A DNA stretch of 64,000 nucleotides, from contig OZ024743.1 of the NCBI GenBank assembly GCA_964016885.1, positions 15,562,001-15,626,000 of the forward strand, given 5' to 3'. Source of the DNA: Eledone cirrhosa. Lineage: Eukaryota. A model generated the notes under the pieces. That model saw only the letters and a program-made list of their open reading frames with translations, did no database searches and was not told the DNA's origin. The position numbers were made by a program, and so were the translations under genes. Numbering within the stretch: the stretch's first letter is position 1; the number at the start of each line of letters is the position of its first letter. Shown here piece after piece: positions 51,128-64,000 of this stretch.

Positions 51128-53646
51128 CATCTATAGAATTTAGCTGTAACAAGCTAAGCAAATATCTTATATGAATATCTATGATTTAATGAAGAAAAAA
51201 TCAGTTCCTCATTACAGAATTTGAATGATTATGTTTTAAGACCAATGTGATGGGAACTTCAGACACTATACCATTTTTCTTTTTTTATTGTCATGACTAA
51301 CTAACTGAAATTAAATAAATTCATTAGAGATGCCAGTAAGTGAGCTTATATGTAGTTACTCAATATGCTGGAAATAAGAAACAGATATCTTGTAAATTAT
51401 TCATTAGTGTAATAGATAATGTAGTTAAAAATCTAAGAGTAAACAATAACAGTAACAACAACAATACAGTTTGAGTCAAATAATGTTATAGCCGAGAATA
51501 TACTGTATGATGAGTGTAATATTAAGTTACAATAGAGTAATGAAAATATAAGGTGGGTGTGAAAATTAAATCTCCATAATGAATACTCAGGTATACATGA
51601 AAGCCTAATTATGTGAAAGGATTATAGCAACATTTCAAGATTACACAGCAAGAATGTGACTCTGCATGCCCCAGTGGTTAGTGTGTTAGAGTACCAATCA
51701 TAATGCTGTGGGTTCAATTCTTTGAGTGGGAGATCATGCTGTGTTCTTCTGCCTATTACTTCATCCTATTCCAATCCACTTAATTGAAAAAAATAATGAA
51801 TACCAGCAGCAGCTGTGGGTTAGCTTCTGCAATGGAGTAACATCTTTTCATGATATGAAAATGATAAATCTGATACAGTCATGTACAATATTTAAAATTA
51901 TGAATGATTCAAGGACATTATGCATATGAAAAGCATGTTAAATCAGCATAATCAAGTTAGCGTAAAAATTCTAATTAGAAAGATATTTTCTCATTGAATC
52001 CCCTAATTTTAATAATTCTATTTTTTCCTTTTATGTTGACAGATCCCATATCTGGAAAGTGCTTCTATTATGCACATAAACATCTTAAGCCACACTCAAA
52101 AGAAATCAAGCTCCTTATTTGTAAGATGATCTTCTGCCTAGTACTCAACAACCTCTAGTGCATTGATGCAATGTCTTCTCACAGCCCAATCTCAAATTCT
52201 CAAAATGTCAGCCCTTTTTTAACATTGCCCTCTTCAAGAATTTTCTGCAGATATTCAAAGTGAACATCAGCTGTATCTCATCTTACTGGTATTGGGGAGG
52301 GGGGGGGGAATGCAAAGTAATATCTGATGAAATATCTGATGAAATATCTGATGTCAAATTTCATTGAATATAAATTTACATTTCCTCTCTTCAAACCAGA
52401 AGTAATTTACAAAATGAATTCAGTTGTATTTACATTTCTCCTAGTAGCCATATGGCCTTAATCAATAGAAATCAAAGTATACATTTTAAAAATAATTGCA
52501 GCCACTAATTAAAATACTTCTGGCTCTTCTTGATTAATGACATAAATGTGTAGAGTTAATATGAAGCTTACAGCAGTATAAACTTCAATGAACTGAGTTC
52601 ATGAACCTATATAAATGTTAATTTATAGTTCTGAAACAAAGCCTTAAAATTTCTAGGTATCAGCTATTGTAGATTGAATACATTTCTATATATTATAGTA
52701 TTTATTTTATTGATCCTGCAGTGTGGAAAACAATGTGGATACTTGTGAGATTGAAAATCCGAATGTAAAGAGATGTAGCTAAATACCACAAGGCTTTAGG
52801 CCAACTATTCTATATTACTAATAATCTGTAGGAAACTATAAGCCTCACGTAATATCCATTGTTCTATAATGGACAAAAACAATCAAAAGCTTTCGAATTT
52901 ACAAATCATTTCTAATCTGTGAAATGAAAATACCAACAACAGAACACTAACTAATGAAATTTGTTGAAGATAGTTGTTAATTGATTATTACATAAAATAT
53001 TAGCAAACCCCAGTGATGTTTGTCGGGAAGAAACATGGAAATCACTTTAAGATGATTCACATGATTAGAGAAGAAGGATGTAGATATGTATTATTAGATT
53101 TATTAGATGTGCAGCATGCAATGTTTGATAGGATGAATTTATGTAAACTAAGAAAATAACTGAGGGGTTTGAGGAATAAGTAATTGAAAAACAGAAATAT
53201 TTTCAGTTTTTTTTAATGATACATTTGAAATAATTATCCATAAATGATCTAAACCATAATCTAGATGAATTTCTCATATAAAACTTTAATTATGGTAATT
53301 GATTATATTTTTTAAAGTTTGTAATTTATTTTATTTGCATGTAATAAATAGATGTCTTTTGACACAAAGAGCTGAACTGGTTGCTTCTTGAAATCACATC
53401 TATAAAGTCATTGTTTTACTGGTATTCAAATATCAGCACAATTTACATACAGTACAACCAATGAAACATTTCTCTACAATTGCTCAGTCTGGTGTAAAAC
53501 CCACATCAACATATGTTTATTATCTGCTGTGTTATTGCCTTTTTTTTCAAAGAAGATAAAATGTGATTTTAGGTGTATTTGGTTGCTATTACTGGCTGGA
53601 TAAATATCAACTTAAATGTTTATTATAGTCCTTCAAGAGATAACAA

Positions 53647-54600
53647 AGGAGTTTTAGACAGGTTCTCCATTGGATCTTTTGTATAATGATGATCTAATTC
53701 TTATAGCTGAATCGACGGAAGAACTAGAGAACAAATTCAGACTGTGAAAACAGAACATAGAAGAGGATGAGAGTAAACTTAACAAAAACCAAAATGTTAC
53801 TAAGTAGGAAAGAAGACAAGGCCTTGATGCCATCAGTGAAATTGCCTTGCTCAATATGCAGGAAATGGGTAGGTAGAAATTCTACATAATGTACACAATG
53901 CAAATCTTGGGTACACAAGAGATGTAGTATGCTCAGGGACAATTTATAATATGAGTGACAGTGATATACACTTTCTTCCCTTTTTTCAGTCCTAGGTAGG
54001 ATCCAGAACAGTGAGCATATTAGCAGTTAAAGTGGGTATTCCAAGAACATAGTAGCTGAAATAAGAATGGCATGGAAGAATTTTAGAAAGATACTACCTC
54101 TGTTGACAACACGAGGTTTCTTTCTATAAAGGAGAGATTGGCTGTATGATGCCATGTTTCACTTCTGCATGGTAGTGAAACATGAGCAGTGACTGCTGAG
54201 GATATGCAAAGGCTGGAGAGAAATGAAGAAAGCATGCTTGGATGGATTGTGCAATCTTAATATATGCCAATGACAAAACATGGATTAACTGAGAATGAAA
54301 CTAAGTATAAGATGAATCATATCTTATGTGCAGGAGAGAAGACTACACAGGTATGGACATGTGATGCACATGGAAGATGATCGCCAGGTGAAGAATTTCT
54401 AAGAAAGCCCAGTGGAAGGAAGCCTCAACAGAGAAGATCTGGGCAGAAGTTATAACAGCTGATCACAAATTGATGAAGCTCACAGTAGAGATGACAAAAC
54501 ATTGTGATGAGGGAAGTCATATTGTGCTGATAGGACATGTCCAACCCATGCAAGAATGGGAAATCAGATGTAAAATGAGGATAATGATGATAATGATGAA
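53647..54600 (+). mobile_element. degenerate RTE-clade LINE, 3' half
   Basis: TGSPLDLLYNDDLILIAES (decayed YADD), Cys-rich PCSICRKWVGRNST*CTQCKSWVHKRCS, QERRLHRYGHVMHMED and an RTE-type tail. Confidence 0.8.
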
Positions 54601-55264
54601 GTTTCCTCATTTATTGATAGGTCTATAAATCTTGTCTAGGAAGTATGTGGTTGGAAACCTTACAACCATATTTTAGTTAACAAAGTGGCAGCAATGAATG
54701 TTAAACATATCTCTGAAAATTGTAGACAATTGAAAGAAGATAATATTTCAATGTACTATATGTAGTTGTCTTCCAGCCATTAAATGTACATGATTAATAT
54801 TCATCATAAAATTAATTGGAAATATTCTGAAATTTGTTACTCCCACTTGACAATTAAAGTGTCAAAAGAATGTTCATCATATTACGTATTCTTGTAATAT
54901 ATCAACTGAAATTACAATAATTACGATTTTCTTAATTTCATTCATTCATAGGTTTGCCAGAATTTGTAATTTTACAGATATATTCTACATTTATTTTCAT
55001 TTTTACATGTAGCAGTCATTGGAGTAGAGCCATGATAGGGCACCACATTTTAAATGTTTAGCCACATGTATCAACCCTCTTACTTATTTCTATATTTTTA
55101 ACAGTACTTTCATTCAAGTTGCTAAGTTACAAGGTACAATAGGACATATCATTAACCCTGACAATGCCACACACATAATTTTTTCCTTTTGAAACATCCT
55201 TCTATCGAAGGTGAAGCATGCACAAATTCCTTGTTCCAGACTTCCCAATTACTCGTTGCAGTAA

Positions 55265-55705
55265 GCGGATTCCAAATGTAACTGTAGAGATAGATCTAAA
55301 TGTCCGTTAAATAACAACTGCTTAGTTAAAAATATAGTATACAATTGTAATGTTAATACTGACTCTAATTCTTTTAACTACGTCGGTTCCACATCGACGG
55401 AATTTAAATTTCGCTATAATAACCACAAGAATTCTTTCACAGATCCAAGCAAAAAATCTTCAACGGCACTATCAGGCGTACTCTGGCAACTTAAGCTAGA
55501 TAACGTTAGATATTCGACGGCTTGGAATATAGTCTCAAGAGGGATTCCTTTTAATTCATCATCTGAGACATGTGACCTCTGCGCAGAGGAGATATTCTTT
55601 ATACTAAAATCTAAAAATTCCCTTAATCTACGGACAAATTTATTCAGTTGTTGCAAACATAGATTAAACTCAACGTTTAAATATAAATTTAAATTTAAAA
55701 TGTAG
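55265..55705 (+). pseudogene. Penelope-like element GIY-YIG endonuclease C-terminal region (ATG-less open frame, 146 codons)
   Basis: Manual translation: KCNCRDRSKCPLNNNCLVKNIVYNCNVNTDSNSFNYVGSTSTEFKFRYNNHKNSF..STALSGVLWQLK..WNIV..TCDLCAEE..LNLRTNLFSCCKHR. It contains a Cys cluster, NIVY/YVG (GIY-YIG), R..H and CxLC motifs typical of Neptune-type Penelope elements. Confidence 0.85.
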
Positions 55706-56699
55706 TATATTTAGTTTGATTTATATTTATATGGGAAACTAGCCGATAAATCTTTGATTCCTTCTTTTTATTCTTTTTTATTGTTTATTTTTATTTTATT
55801 TTTATTTAAACATTCCTCATGAAAAATTAAGCTACCCTAAAAGCTGATGCTCCAAATATTTTGAATTAACCTTACACTAGATAAACCTCTATATTAAATA
55901 TAAGAACACATGTAGACCAAATTGGGCATCATAAACTTTTTGAAATGATCTTTGCTAGATGTGATTTGATAGATAATTTTTGGCTTTGTCTGTTTTTCGA
56001 CTCTGATGCTTATAATGAACTTGGCAATATATTGTCAATTAATTTTGAAGGGTTGATCTTTGTGGTTTATTTTTATTTTTTATTATTGTAGTATTTTCTA
56101 ATATTTTTTATTTTTATTTTTAATATCTTTAATATGTAAATTTTTTAATATGTAATATTTTTAATATGTAATATTCTTTCGTAATATTTTTTTAGTTTTT
56201 TATTTTATTATTACTTATTATTATTATTGTTATTTTTTTAGTTTTGTTTCTGATATATATTTTTATTAGTATATTGAAATCTGCTCTCTATTTCTGCTTG
56301 ATAGATAATCTTGTAGAGTAAAGACAGGAATAATAATACACATATATGTATACTCAAATTTTTATACCACATTGAGAATGTTTTCCGTGAACCTAGAGTT
56401 TGCAGAGTTGATCATGTGGATTCACATGGATGTTTGTAGCTATCACATAAACATATGAATTTTTTAAAAAACTAAACATAAGATAATTAATTTTCACACA
56501 CTATGGATACTTGTCTCATTCAGGAATACTGATATTTACAATATAGTGGAAGTTTTATAAATACTAATACATTAAAACATAGGGTTTTTACGCCTCGAAT
56601 ATATCTGGCTATTTTTAAATTTTTTTCTCTCGCTATTTTTTCTCTCTCTATATTTTTTTTCTCTATATATATATATCTCCCTTACATTAATACTAGAGC

Positions 56700-56730
<31 letters not shown>

Positions 56731-57065
56731 ATGTATCATTGATACATTTACTCAACTGACCTCCCACTACCTAATTTTCTATATATATATGTATCTATCT
56801 CTATTTCCTCTCTCTATATATATATATATCTCTTTCTGTTTCTTTACATGAAGTTCTTCTCTTTATCTATCTCTCCATCTCTCTACTTTGTTCCATGCAT
56901 TTGTTCTTTTTCTTCCTTTTCTTCGTTTTCTGTCTTTCTTTCTTTTTTTTCTCTCTTTCTTTCTCTCTGTGTAAAATTTTTTCACTGCCAGCTCAACCTC
57001 TTCAAATGCAAGTCGGTGTTGTTACGGTATGTCGAATCTATTTATCTATAAAACTGTTTATATTG

Positions 57066-57131
57066 TATTTTGTCTGAGGAAGGCATAGCATATTGTTAAT
57101 ATGATATCCCCGAAATATATATAATGAAATA
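57066..57131 (+). ncRNA. decayed minimal type I hammerhead ribozyme (Penelope pseudo-LTR type)
   Basis: TATTTTGT-CTGAGGA-[AGGCATAGCATATT-GTT-AATATGATATCCCC, 11/14 in register]-GAAA-T-ATAT-ATA-ATGAAATA. The stem III loop is self-complementary. Confidence 0.6.
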
Positions 57132-58474
57132 AATATGGTTTTATAAATATAGTTTCCATTTATTTAATATTGTATATATATATATATATATATATATAAT
57201 ATGCACATGCATATATATATGTATAGAAGTGTGTGTGTATGCAATGGAATTCTGCGCAATTCATTTATGTCTATGAAATTCCCCTTATAAGCTCTTCAGT
57301 AACTCAATACTATAACAGACATTTGCTCAATGTGCAACGCATTGGGATTTATTTTACATGAAACCACATCGGAGTGGAACAGGCCTCATGAACACATAGC
57401 CATCTCCATGTCAAAATGAAGATTTTGCTGCAAAGTTATATATTTTATTATTAAACTCAATTTATAAATTCAAATTGTTTTAAATGTGAATCTGTTCGGT
57501 AGAAAACATATATTAGGCTAGCCATTATGTTTTATAGTTAAATAACTGCAGTGCTTTGGAGATAATATAATAGCCGCTCCTTACTGAATAATAGTATTTT
57601 GTTAGTTTACAGTTATGATGTTAAGCTAAAAACATATACTTGGAAATGAGATAACAGCTTCTTTCATTGATCAAACAGATTATTAAGTTACATTTTATTT
57701 TACATTAAAGTATTGCAATATCAGTTAGATAGAGGCTTAGCTTCTTGTCAGACAATTCGATATTTTGTATTTATTGGTAATGTGTCCATAAGTAAGACTT
57801 TAAAACATTCAAACTACAACCATATATATTCCATTTTATCTAAGGCTGACAAACATTGACAACCTCTATATTCTGGCAGCCATAGCTCTGCCAGTCATGA
57901 GGAGACTAGCACAAACTAGGATAGAATGAAAGTGGTAGTATATGGATGATCAGTAACCATGGATGTAAAAATAGATGATCAGTAAATGGATGTCCAAACA
58001 CCTGTTTGAAGTCACCAGATGTCATTGTAAATCTCTTTAAAATGTATCGGTCCTATTGATATTGACACCTTAACAAAAGATTTAAGTATAGATTTGTACG
58101 AATAAAGTAACAGCAGCCTCCAGTTTTCAACAATAATGGATTTAGCAGTAAATGAACAGCTGTCTCATGGTGCATATGAAAACTAGAAAAATAGGAGTTA
58201 TCTTAATTATCTTGATTAAGAAACAAAGCTAGCACAGCCTTCATGACACTCACTAGATTTCCAGATATTCCATGACAATATATTTGTCTGTAACAAATTG
58301 TTACAAGTTATGGTTCTCCTGTTGATATTCCAGTTAATGCAACAGCCATGCACTTCTGTTAATTGAAACCAGGGCCACGTGGTTGTCATGCAAGCTTCAT
58401 AACTATATGACCATACATAACAACTTTATATATATGATGGTGCTGCTGATGATGATGGGGATTGTTATTATTAT

Positions 58475-58936
58475 GGTAAAAACGTTATGAGGTGATCACA
58501 TTTGAAAGGGTTAAAGATCAGCACTTTTCTCTTCAATGAAACCCTGATTAACCTTTTCAGATTTCTCTTGAATGCGAAAATCTGAGTGGAATAGGTAATA
58601 CTGCTTTCCAAGGAATTTGTTGAAAAGTAGGTGATAAGAAGAGAATGGTTAGAGTGAATGGGCCTGCTCTGTCTGTGCACCTAGAAATTGTAGGACAACT
58701 GGGTGAGGGCACATGCCCTCATGATCAAGGTGAGCATGACTTTTTGTACAATTTCTCTGCATTTAACCCTCAGAAGTCTCACCCTATTGGAGGATGTGTT
58801 TTTGTTTATTTGATTTTTAAGTGCTTATTTCTTTTAGTTTTTGTTATAAATTTTTACACACAAAATCCGAAGCTGTATTATCCTGTGTCATCTTTAATGT
58901 TTACGTAAGGTGGGACAGTTGTAGGTAATACAGAAA
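58475..58936 (+). mobile_element. old 3' fragment of a Tx1 element related to 18661-24281
   Basis: TGAAAGGGTTAAAG..CACTTTTCTCT and RMVRVNGPALSVHL align with TGAAAGGGCTGAGG..CACCTTTCTCT and RMARVNGPSLYLSL. It ends TAATACAGAAA versus AATAAACAGAAA. Confidence 0.75.
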
Positions 58937-58950
58937 TAATCATTATTATT

Positions 58951-59381
58951 GTTCTTTGAGTCTCAGTCATTGATGTTATTTAACTGGAAAGTTTGTTGAA
59001 ATGAATATCAAGCCGTTACCTGCAGCCTCAGATATTCAGGACGTATCGGAGGATTTTTGCTGTTCCCAGCAAGCATGCCTTTTGAAGTGTTCCAAAAAGC
59101 AGGGCTGGACTAATCTTCTTTAACCATCCTTGGAAATTCTTTGAGATAGTACCTAGTGCGCCTATGACAATCGCGACGACCTTGATTTCATGGCAGTTCC
59201 AAATCCTTTTTAAGTCACAATTTAAATCCTAGTATCGGTTAATTTTCTCCCTCTCCTTCTCTTGCACTCTCGTGTCAAATGGGCCGGCTACATCTACAAT
59301 CAGGCACAATCTTTTTTCCTTGTTAAAAACCACCAGGTCAGGCCTATTGTGTTCTAATTTCTTGTCCGTCTGTATCCTAAA
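58951..59381 (-). mobile_element. R4/Dong-like LINE 3' fragment, copy 1
   Basis: Closely similar to 59600-60030 and bordered by (TAA)n on both sides. Confidence 0.88.
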
Positions 59382-59402
59382 TTATTATTATTAGTATTAA
59401 TA

Positions 59403-59566
59403 TTCTGAGTTCAAATTCCGTCGAGGTTGACTTTGCCTTTCATCCTAATGGGTGTCGATAAAATAAAGTACCAGTAATACACTGCGATAATTGCTGGCCT
59501 TGTGCCTATTGTAGAAACCAGTAATACACTGGGATAATTGCTGGCCTTGTGCCAAAAGTAGAAACA

Positions 59567-59567
<1 letters not shown>
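59403..59567 (+). mobile_element. 5'-truncated tRNA-derived SINE with duplicated 3' end
   Basis: Starts at the B box. CCAGTAATACACTG..GTAGAAAC occurs twice in tandem (~59471-59518 and ~59518-59565). Confidence 0.88.
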
Positions 59568-59599
<32 letters not shown>

Positions 59600-60327
59600 G
59601 TTCTTTGAGTCTCAATCATTGATGTTAGTTAACTGGAAAGTTTGTTGAAATGAATATCAAGACGCTACCTGCAGCCTCAGATATTCAGGACCTATCGGAG
59701 GGTTCTTGCTGTTCCCAGCAAGCATGCCTTTTGAGGTGTTCCAAAAAGCGGGGCGGGGCCAATTTTCTTTAACCATCCCTGGAAACTTTTTGAAATAGTA
59801 CCTAGTGCGCCTATCACAATCGGGACCACTTTGACTTCATAGCAGTTCCAAATCCTTTTTACCTCCCACTTTAAGTCCTGGTATCGGTTAATTTTCTCCC
59901 TCTCCTTTTCTTGCACTCTCGTGTCAAATGGGCAGGCTACATCTACAATCAGGCACAATCTTTTTTCCTTGTCCAAAACCACCAGGTCAGGCCTATTGTG
60001 TTCTAATTTCTTGTCCATCTGTATCCTAAAATCCCATAGCACCTTCACCCGATCGTTTTCTATCACCGACTCTGGCTTATGCTCGTACCACTTCTCAGAA
60101 TGTGGTAAATTGTTTACTTTGCATATATGCCAGAGGATCACGCTGCCTATCACATCATGTCTCCAGCCTTTATAGTGACTCTGTGCTAGGTGTTTACATT
60201 CCGATACAATGTGAGCCACAGTCTCCTCTCTCTCTCCACAGATCCTATACAGAGGGCTAGCCACCTCCTTGTAAATATGGTATTTCACCCACTTTGTTCT
60301 TGCGCAGCCATTAGCATTCCTTCTGTA
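59600..60327 (-). mobile_element. R4/Dong-like LINE 3' fragment, copy 2, encoding a restriction-like endonuclease domain
   Basis: ORF 59692-60354 has the knuckle remnant RICGEREETVAHIVSEC, RHD, RPDLVV..IVDVACP, K..RY.DL and VIGALG. Tail is (TAA)n. Confidence 0.9.
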
Positions 60328-61159
60328 GCTACATTTCATTACTGAGATGCACATGGTTTTGTGGGATGCTCACTGTTAGTCAAGTATACATACAAAGTTA
60401 ACCTGTGATACATAGATACTGAAGCATAAACAGGGTCTCACTGAGATATGAATGGTTATACTAAAATACACACAGTTAAACTAGAACACATGTTATTATA
60501 CTACAAGAGACATGCTATTCCTTTTTTTTTATCTAATGGAATATTAATTGGAGGACATTTTCAACTGCTAAAACCAAACAAGTGACTACACATAAAAAAT
60601 TACCTTTGCCTATAGTAGTGTGACAGCAATGAATATTTTTGATTTTATAATATTTATGTTTTTAAAAAAATCTAATCTATTGTATTATAATATCAGCAAT
60701 ACAATTTACCCCAGCCACCATCATTTTCCAATATCAGTGATAAAGTCATTAGCATAATCACTATTATCTCAGCTAACTCTATACATTGTATATAAAACAA
60801 AAATGAATGGTACCGGTCGGTAAATCAACTTTCATCAAAACTTGTTAGCTGATTGCATCAAAATAAATTTTGGTTTGCTTGTTTGTTATGTTTGTCTCTT
60901 ACCAGAGATTCATAGTAAAATAAGAATGGATGTAATTAAACTATCTAAATCAAACATAAATATTTTTTTGAAAAAAATGTAATATTAAAAAGTAATGGCT
61001 TCAACGTTATTTGCTACTTTGTTGCATTTAAAACAATTTTGTTTGTATTCTTTAGTGAATAAAAGAGAAACTGTTTCCATAGTTATTGTTGTTATAGGGT
61101 GGTAGTGACGGCAACAATGACCAGCACAAAGTTCCAACAACACCATACAATCATAGTCA

Positions 61160-61560
61160 TCATTATCATCAGTGATGTTGTTATTTCTGTCATCATCATC
61201 ATCATCATCATTATCGGCATCATCATTTATTATACCTATTTGATCATATCACCACCACCACCATCAACACTCTCGTATTGCTTATTAGTATTTTAAATTA
61301 ATTTATTCTATATCATATTTATGACTGAAAATCACCATCATCATCATCAACAGCTTTACTATCACCATCCTTATCCTCATCTTCAGCTTCACTATCATCA
61401 TCATCATCATCATCTTCAACTTTACTATCATCACCATCATCATCAACAGCTTTACTATCACCACCATCATCATCATCTTCAGCATTACTATCACCAGCAT
61501 CATCATCAACAGCCTTATCATTATCAGCATCTCCAAACACTGTCATCCCCATCATCAGAA
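61160..61560. repeat. (CAT)n-derived microsatellite with higher-order CAGCTTTACTATCA(CAT)n units
   Basis: Directly visible. It explains the poly-H, poly-M and poly-D ORFs. Confidence 0.9.
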
Positions 61561-63529
61561 TTATCCTCGTAATTTATTTATTCATATATTTTGTTATCAT
61601 TATTTTTGTCATAATTACAGTTAGAATTTCTACCCACCATCACAACAATAACAACAACAGCAATAATAAAAATAACAATAATATTGCCTGTTTTCATGCA
61701 TATAAAGCTAGCAAGTGTCAGCTAAGTCATTTCAAAGTAATCATTTTAGTCTTGACTCCCATTAATTTCCTAATTATCCTAACTCTCTGATGTCTGGCCT
61801 GCATATGTTACTTAATAGCTTTCCTTGATCCAATCTACCCTGACTACAATTCTATACAACATTGTTTTCTTTTCTTTTGCTTTCTCTTTCTTCCTTATCC
61901 TTATTATACTCTCATAGTAATGGTATCATATTATGTAAGGATATCATCATAAAACCATTCACCTAATTAATGCATTATATTAGCCAATATTCATATGATG
62001 TGTAGTAGAGAGTGTGATATAGCAGAGTATGTCGTAGATAATTCTGTTATGCCCGTAGCAATGCTTAATGGATGATAGACTATCTTATATGGTTTGCTAA
62101 TCATTTGAATAGAAATCAACAATAAATGGTTCCTTCCAAAATGTCTTGCCCATATTAACTGCACTTTTACCGAGGTTGATTGAATTTCATGTGGTTAAGT
62201 TATATCAATTTTCTTGCTTCAATTTACAATTATAATTAAAGTATCTATCAAATTTGGAAATGGATACAGGCAAGCAAGTATCTTTATTGGTTTCCTTAAA
62301 CTTCTACATATAAATTAAATTAGTGTTTTTGAAGTTCTCATTCCTTATCCTCAGTTCATTCCTCAATGAGTAGAATTCTAATAAAAATTAATCCGTTTAC
62401 AACACTTTTTCCTGTTATAATCTATTTAAAGTTACATTCGTCAATAATTATTTCCTTTTATAAGATGGTAAAGAGTTATTTGAGGGACAATTTGGTCGCT
62501 ATTTTAGCAAGTCAATTGACCACATATTGTGACCTTTGTTGGCTTAAGAGTACTAAACTAAACAATGCATGTTTAGTGTGAAAAAGGTAGTGCTTTATAA
62601 AGTTCTTGAATATTTTTCTCATTATGGGAGCTGGAATTTCTAAAGAGTTATGACTCATCTCTTTCCAATGCGAGAATACCACACTTTATCCTGTTGCTGT
62701 TTAGTTTAATGTAAGCTCTGAATAAGACCAATCAACAAAGCTTTTCAAACATGTACATTCTAACTCATTTCAGACAATATATATATAATATACAACTAAG
62801 GACATAAATTGTTTTAATTTAAATGTGAAGTACAACCAAAATTAAACTGAAGCCAGCTATGAACATATGCAAAGCTAAACCATACATCTATTATCAGAAT
62901 AAAACATAAGATCCAGACCACTCAAGTACAAGTTAAACCATCCTTCTAACAATGTTTCTACCTCCCAATAAACCAACAGTTGACCTGCACCAATTCTACC
63001 TTCTAAATCAACATTAACATATGTTAAAGTTTGAACAAATGTTTTCCTTCTATTCATCTTTTCCTGCCTAGATTTTCCTGGTACCATATTTATACTTGGA
63101 AATTGTAACCTTTTTAACTGGATACCATTGTCACACACTACAAAAAGCATGTTGAGAAAAATATATATTCGGTAAGCTGTCCTCCACATTTATTTTGTTT
63201 GCACATCATTATCATCATCTTTCTCTCCCACTGAAACTAAGCTGTCATCCACATACCAAGACACTTTTCAAATACATTTGCCTTGAAAGAATGGAGAGGT
63301 GCAATGATAAATGCACTCAGTAAATCTCTAAACTGGTTGGCATCCATTCATAGAATCCATGTTACCATACATGTGTGACTTTGTCCACCAATCTGCCTAA
63401 GACAACAGTAACTCAAAAAAGATTGAATTTGAGTGTAACATCCAAGCCAACTTATACCTGCAATCGAAAAAGGATAGAGTAAAAAAATGATGATGTTTTA
63501 TATATATATATATTCAGCTAGTATACAGG

Positions 63530-63642
63530 AGCAAAGTGAAATGAAGTGTTTTGCTCAAGAACACAACATGCAACTCAGCCCAGGTATTGAACCCAAGTCA
63601 TTATGATCATAAGTCCAGCACCCTTACCACTAGGCCATGCAG
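63530..63642 (-). mobile_element. tRNA-headed CORE-like SINE fragment
   Basis: Minus strand TGGCCTAGTGGTAAGG..GGTTCAATACC..GTGTTCTTGAGCAAAACACTTCATTTCAC, related to 8380-8520. Confidence 0.7.
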
Positions 63643-64000
63643 CTAAACATGTCAAATACTGTGTTGATTTTAATCAACTTTTCCTTTCCATACATTTGCT
63701 AGCCTTGTGCCTAATTTAGAAGTCAATATCAATAATAAAACAATGGAAAAGACACCCAGTAATTAAAATTGAACATAGAAATTTTAAATAAACACAGGAA
63801 TAACAAATTCATCAATGCAGGTTCATTAAGCTGATATAGCAGAACTATGATCAAATCATGATCATGTTATCTGTGTGTATATTTAGGAGTACATTTTTCA
63901 GTTTGTCTGATGAATGGATGTTATCCTGAAATTGGAGACCTGAGTTATTTCAGACATAGTGATTTATCAAAATTTAACAGAATTGATGAGCCTAACAGTG

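Noticed and set aside
55414-55656. 80-aa minus-strand ORF
   Set aside because: Antisense shadow of the Penelope endonuclease frame on the + strand.
62875-63189. 104-aa minus-strand ORF
   Set aside because: No domain recognised, and it cannot be distinguished from a chance ORF or decayed repeat.
63900-63960. CTGATGA..GAAA hammerhead-like core
   Set aside because: Stem I is not in register with a cleavage triplet, and the flank pairs with the CUGA core itself.

Overview
AT-rich, microsatellite-laden eukaryotic DNA made almost entirely of transposable elements and their remains. No host protein-coding gene can be supported. The SINE and LINE repertoire suggests a mollusc, probably an octopus-like cephalopod (inference only). 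There are two near-full-length elements. One is a Tx1-group (L1 clade) LINE at 18661-24281, inserted in a (TCTG)n microsatellite with a (TCTG)4 duplication. The other is a CsRn1-like Ty3/Gypsy LTR element at 25588-31499 (minus strand), whose 3' LTR carries a younger SINE. Also present are fragments of RTE, R4/Dong, CRE-like, CR1/L2-like and Penelope retroelements, a deleted DD37D (maT) transposon, a TTAA MITE, a probable solo LTR and more than 10 copies of one tRNA-derived SINE. Several signals are missed by the ORF track: three to four type I hammerhead-ribozyme-like motifs (17875-17969, 36841-36929, 57066-57131, weakly 33068-33163), an ATG-less Penelope GIY-YIG endonuclease frame (55265-55705), a 50-bp double-hairpin tandem array starting just after an R4/Dong stop codon (40525-41120), a 184-bp spacerless palindrome (45954-46137) and a fold-back palindrome at an RTE 5' junction (32513-32581). 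All alignments and family assignments were made by eye, with no database searches.
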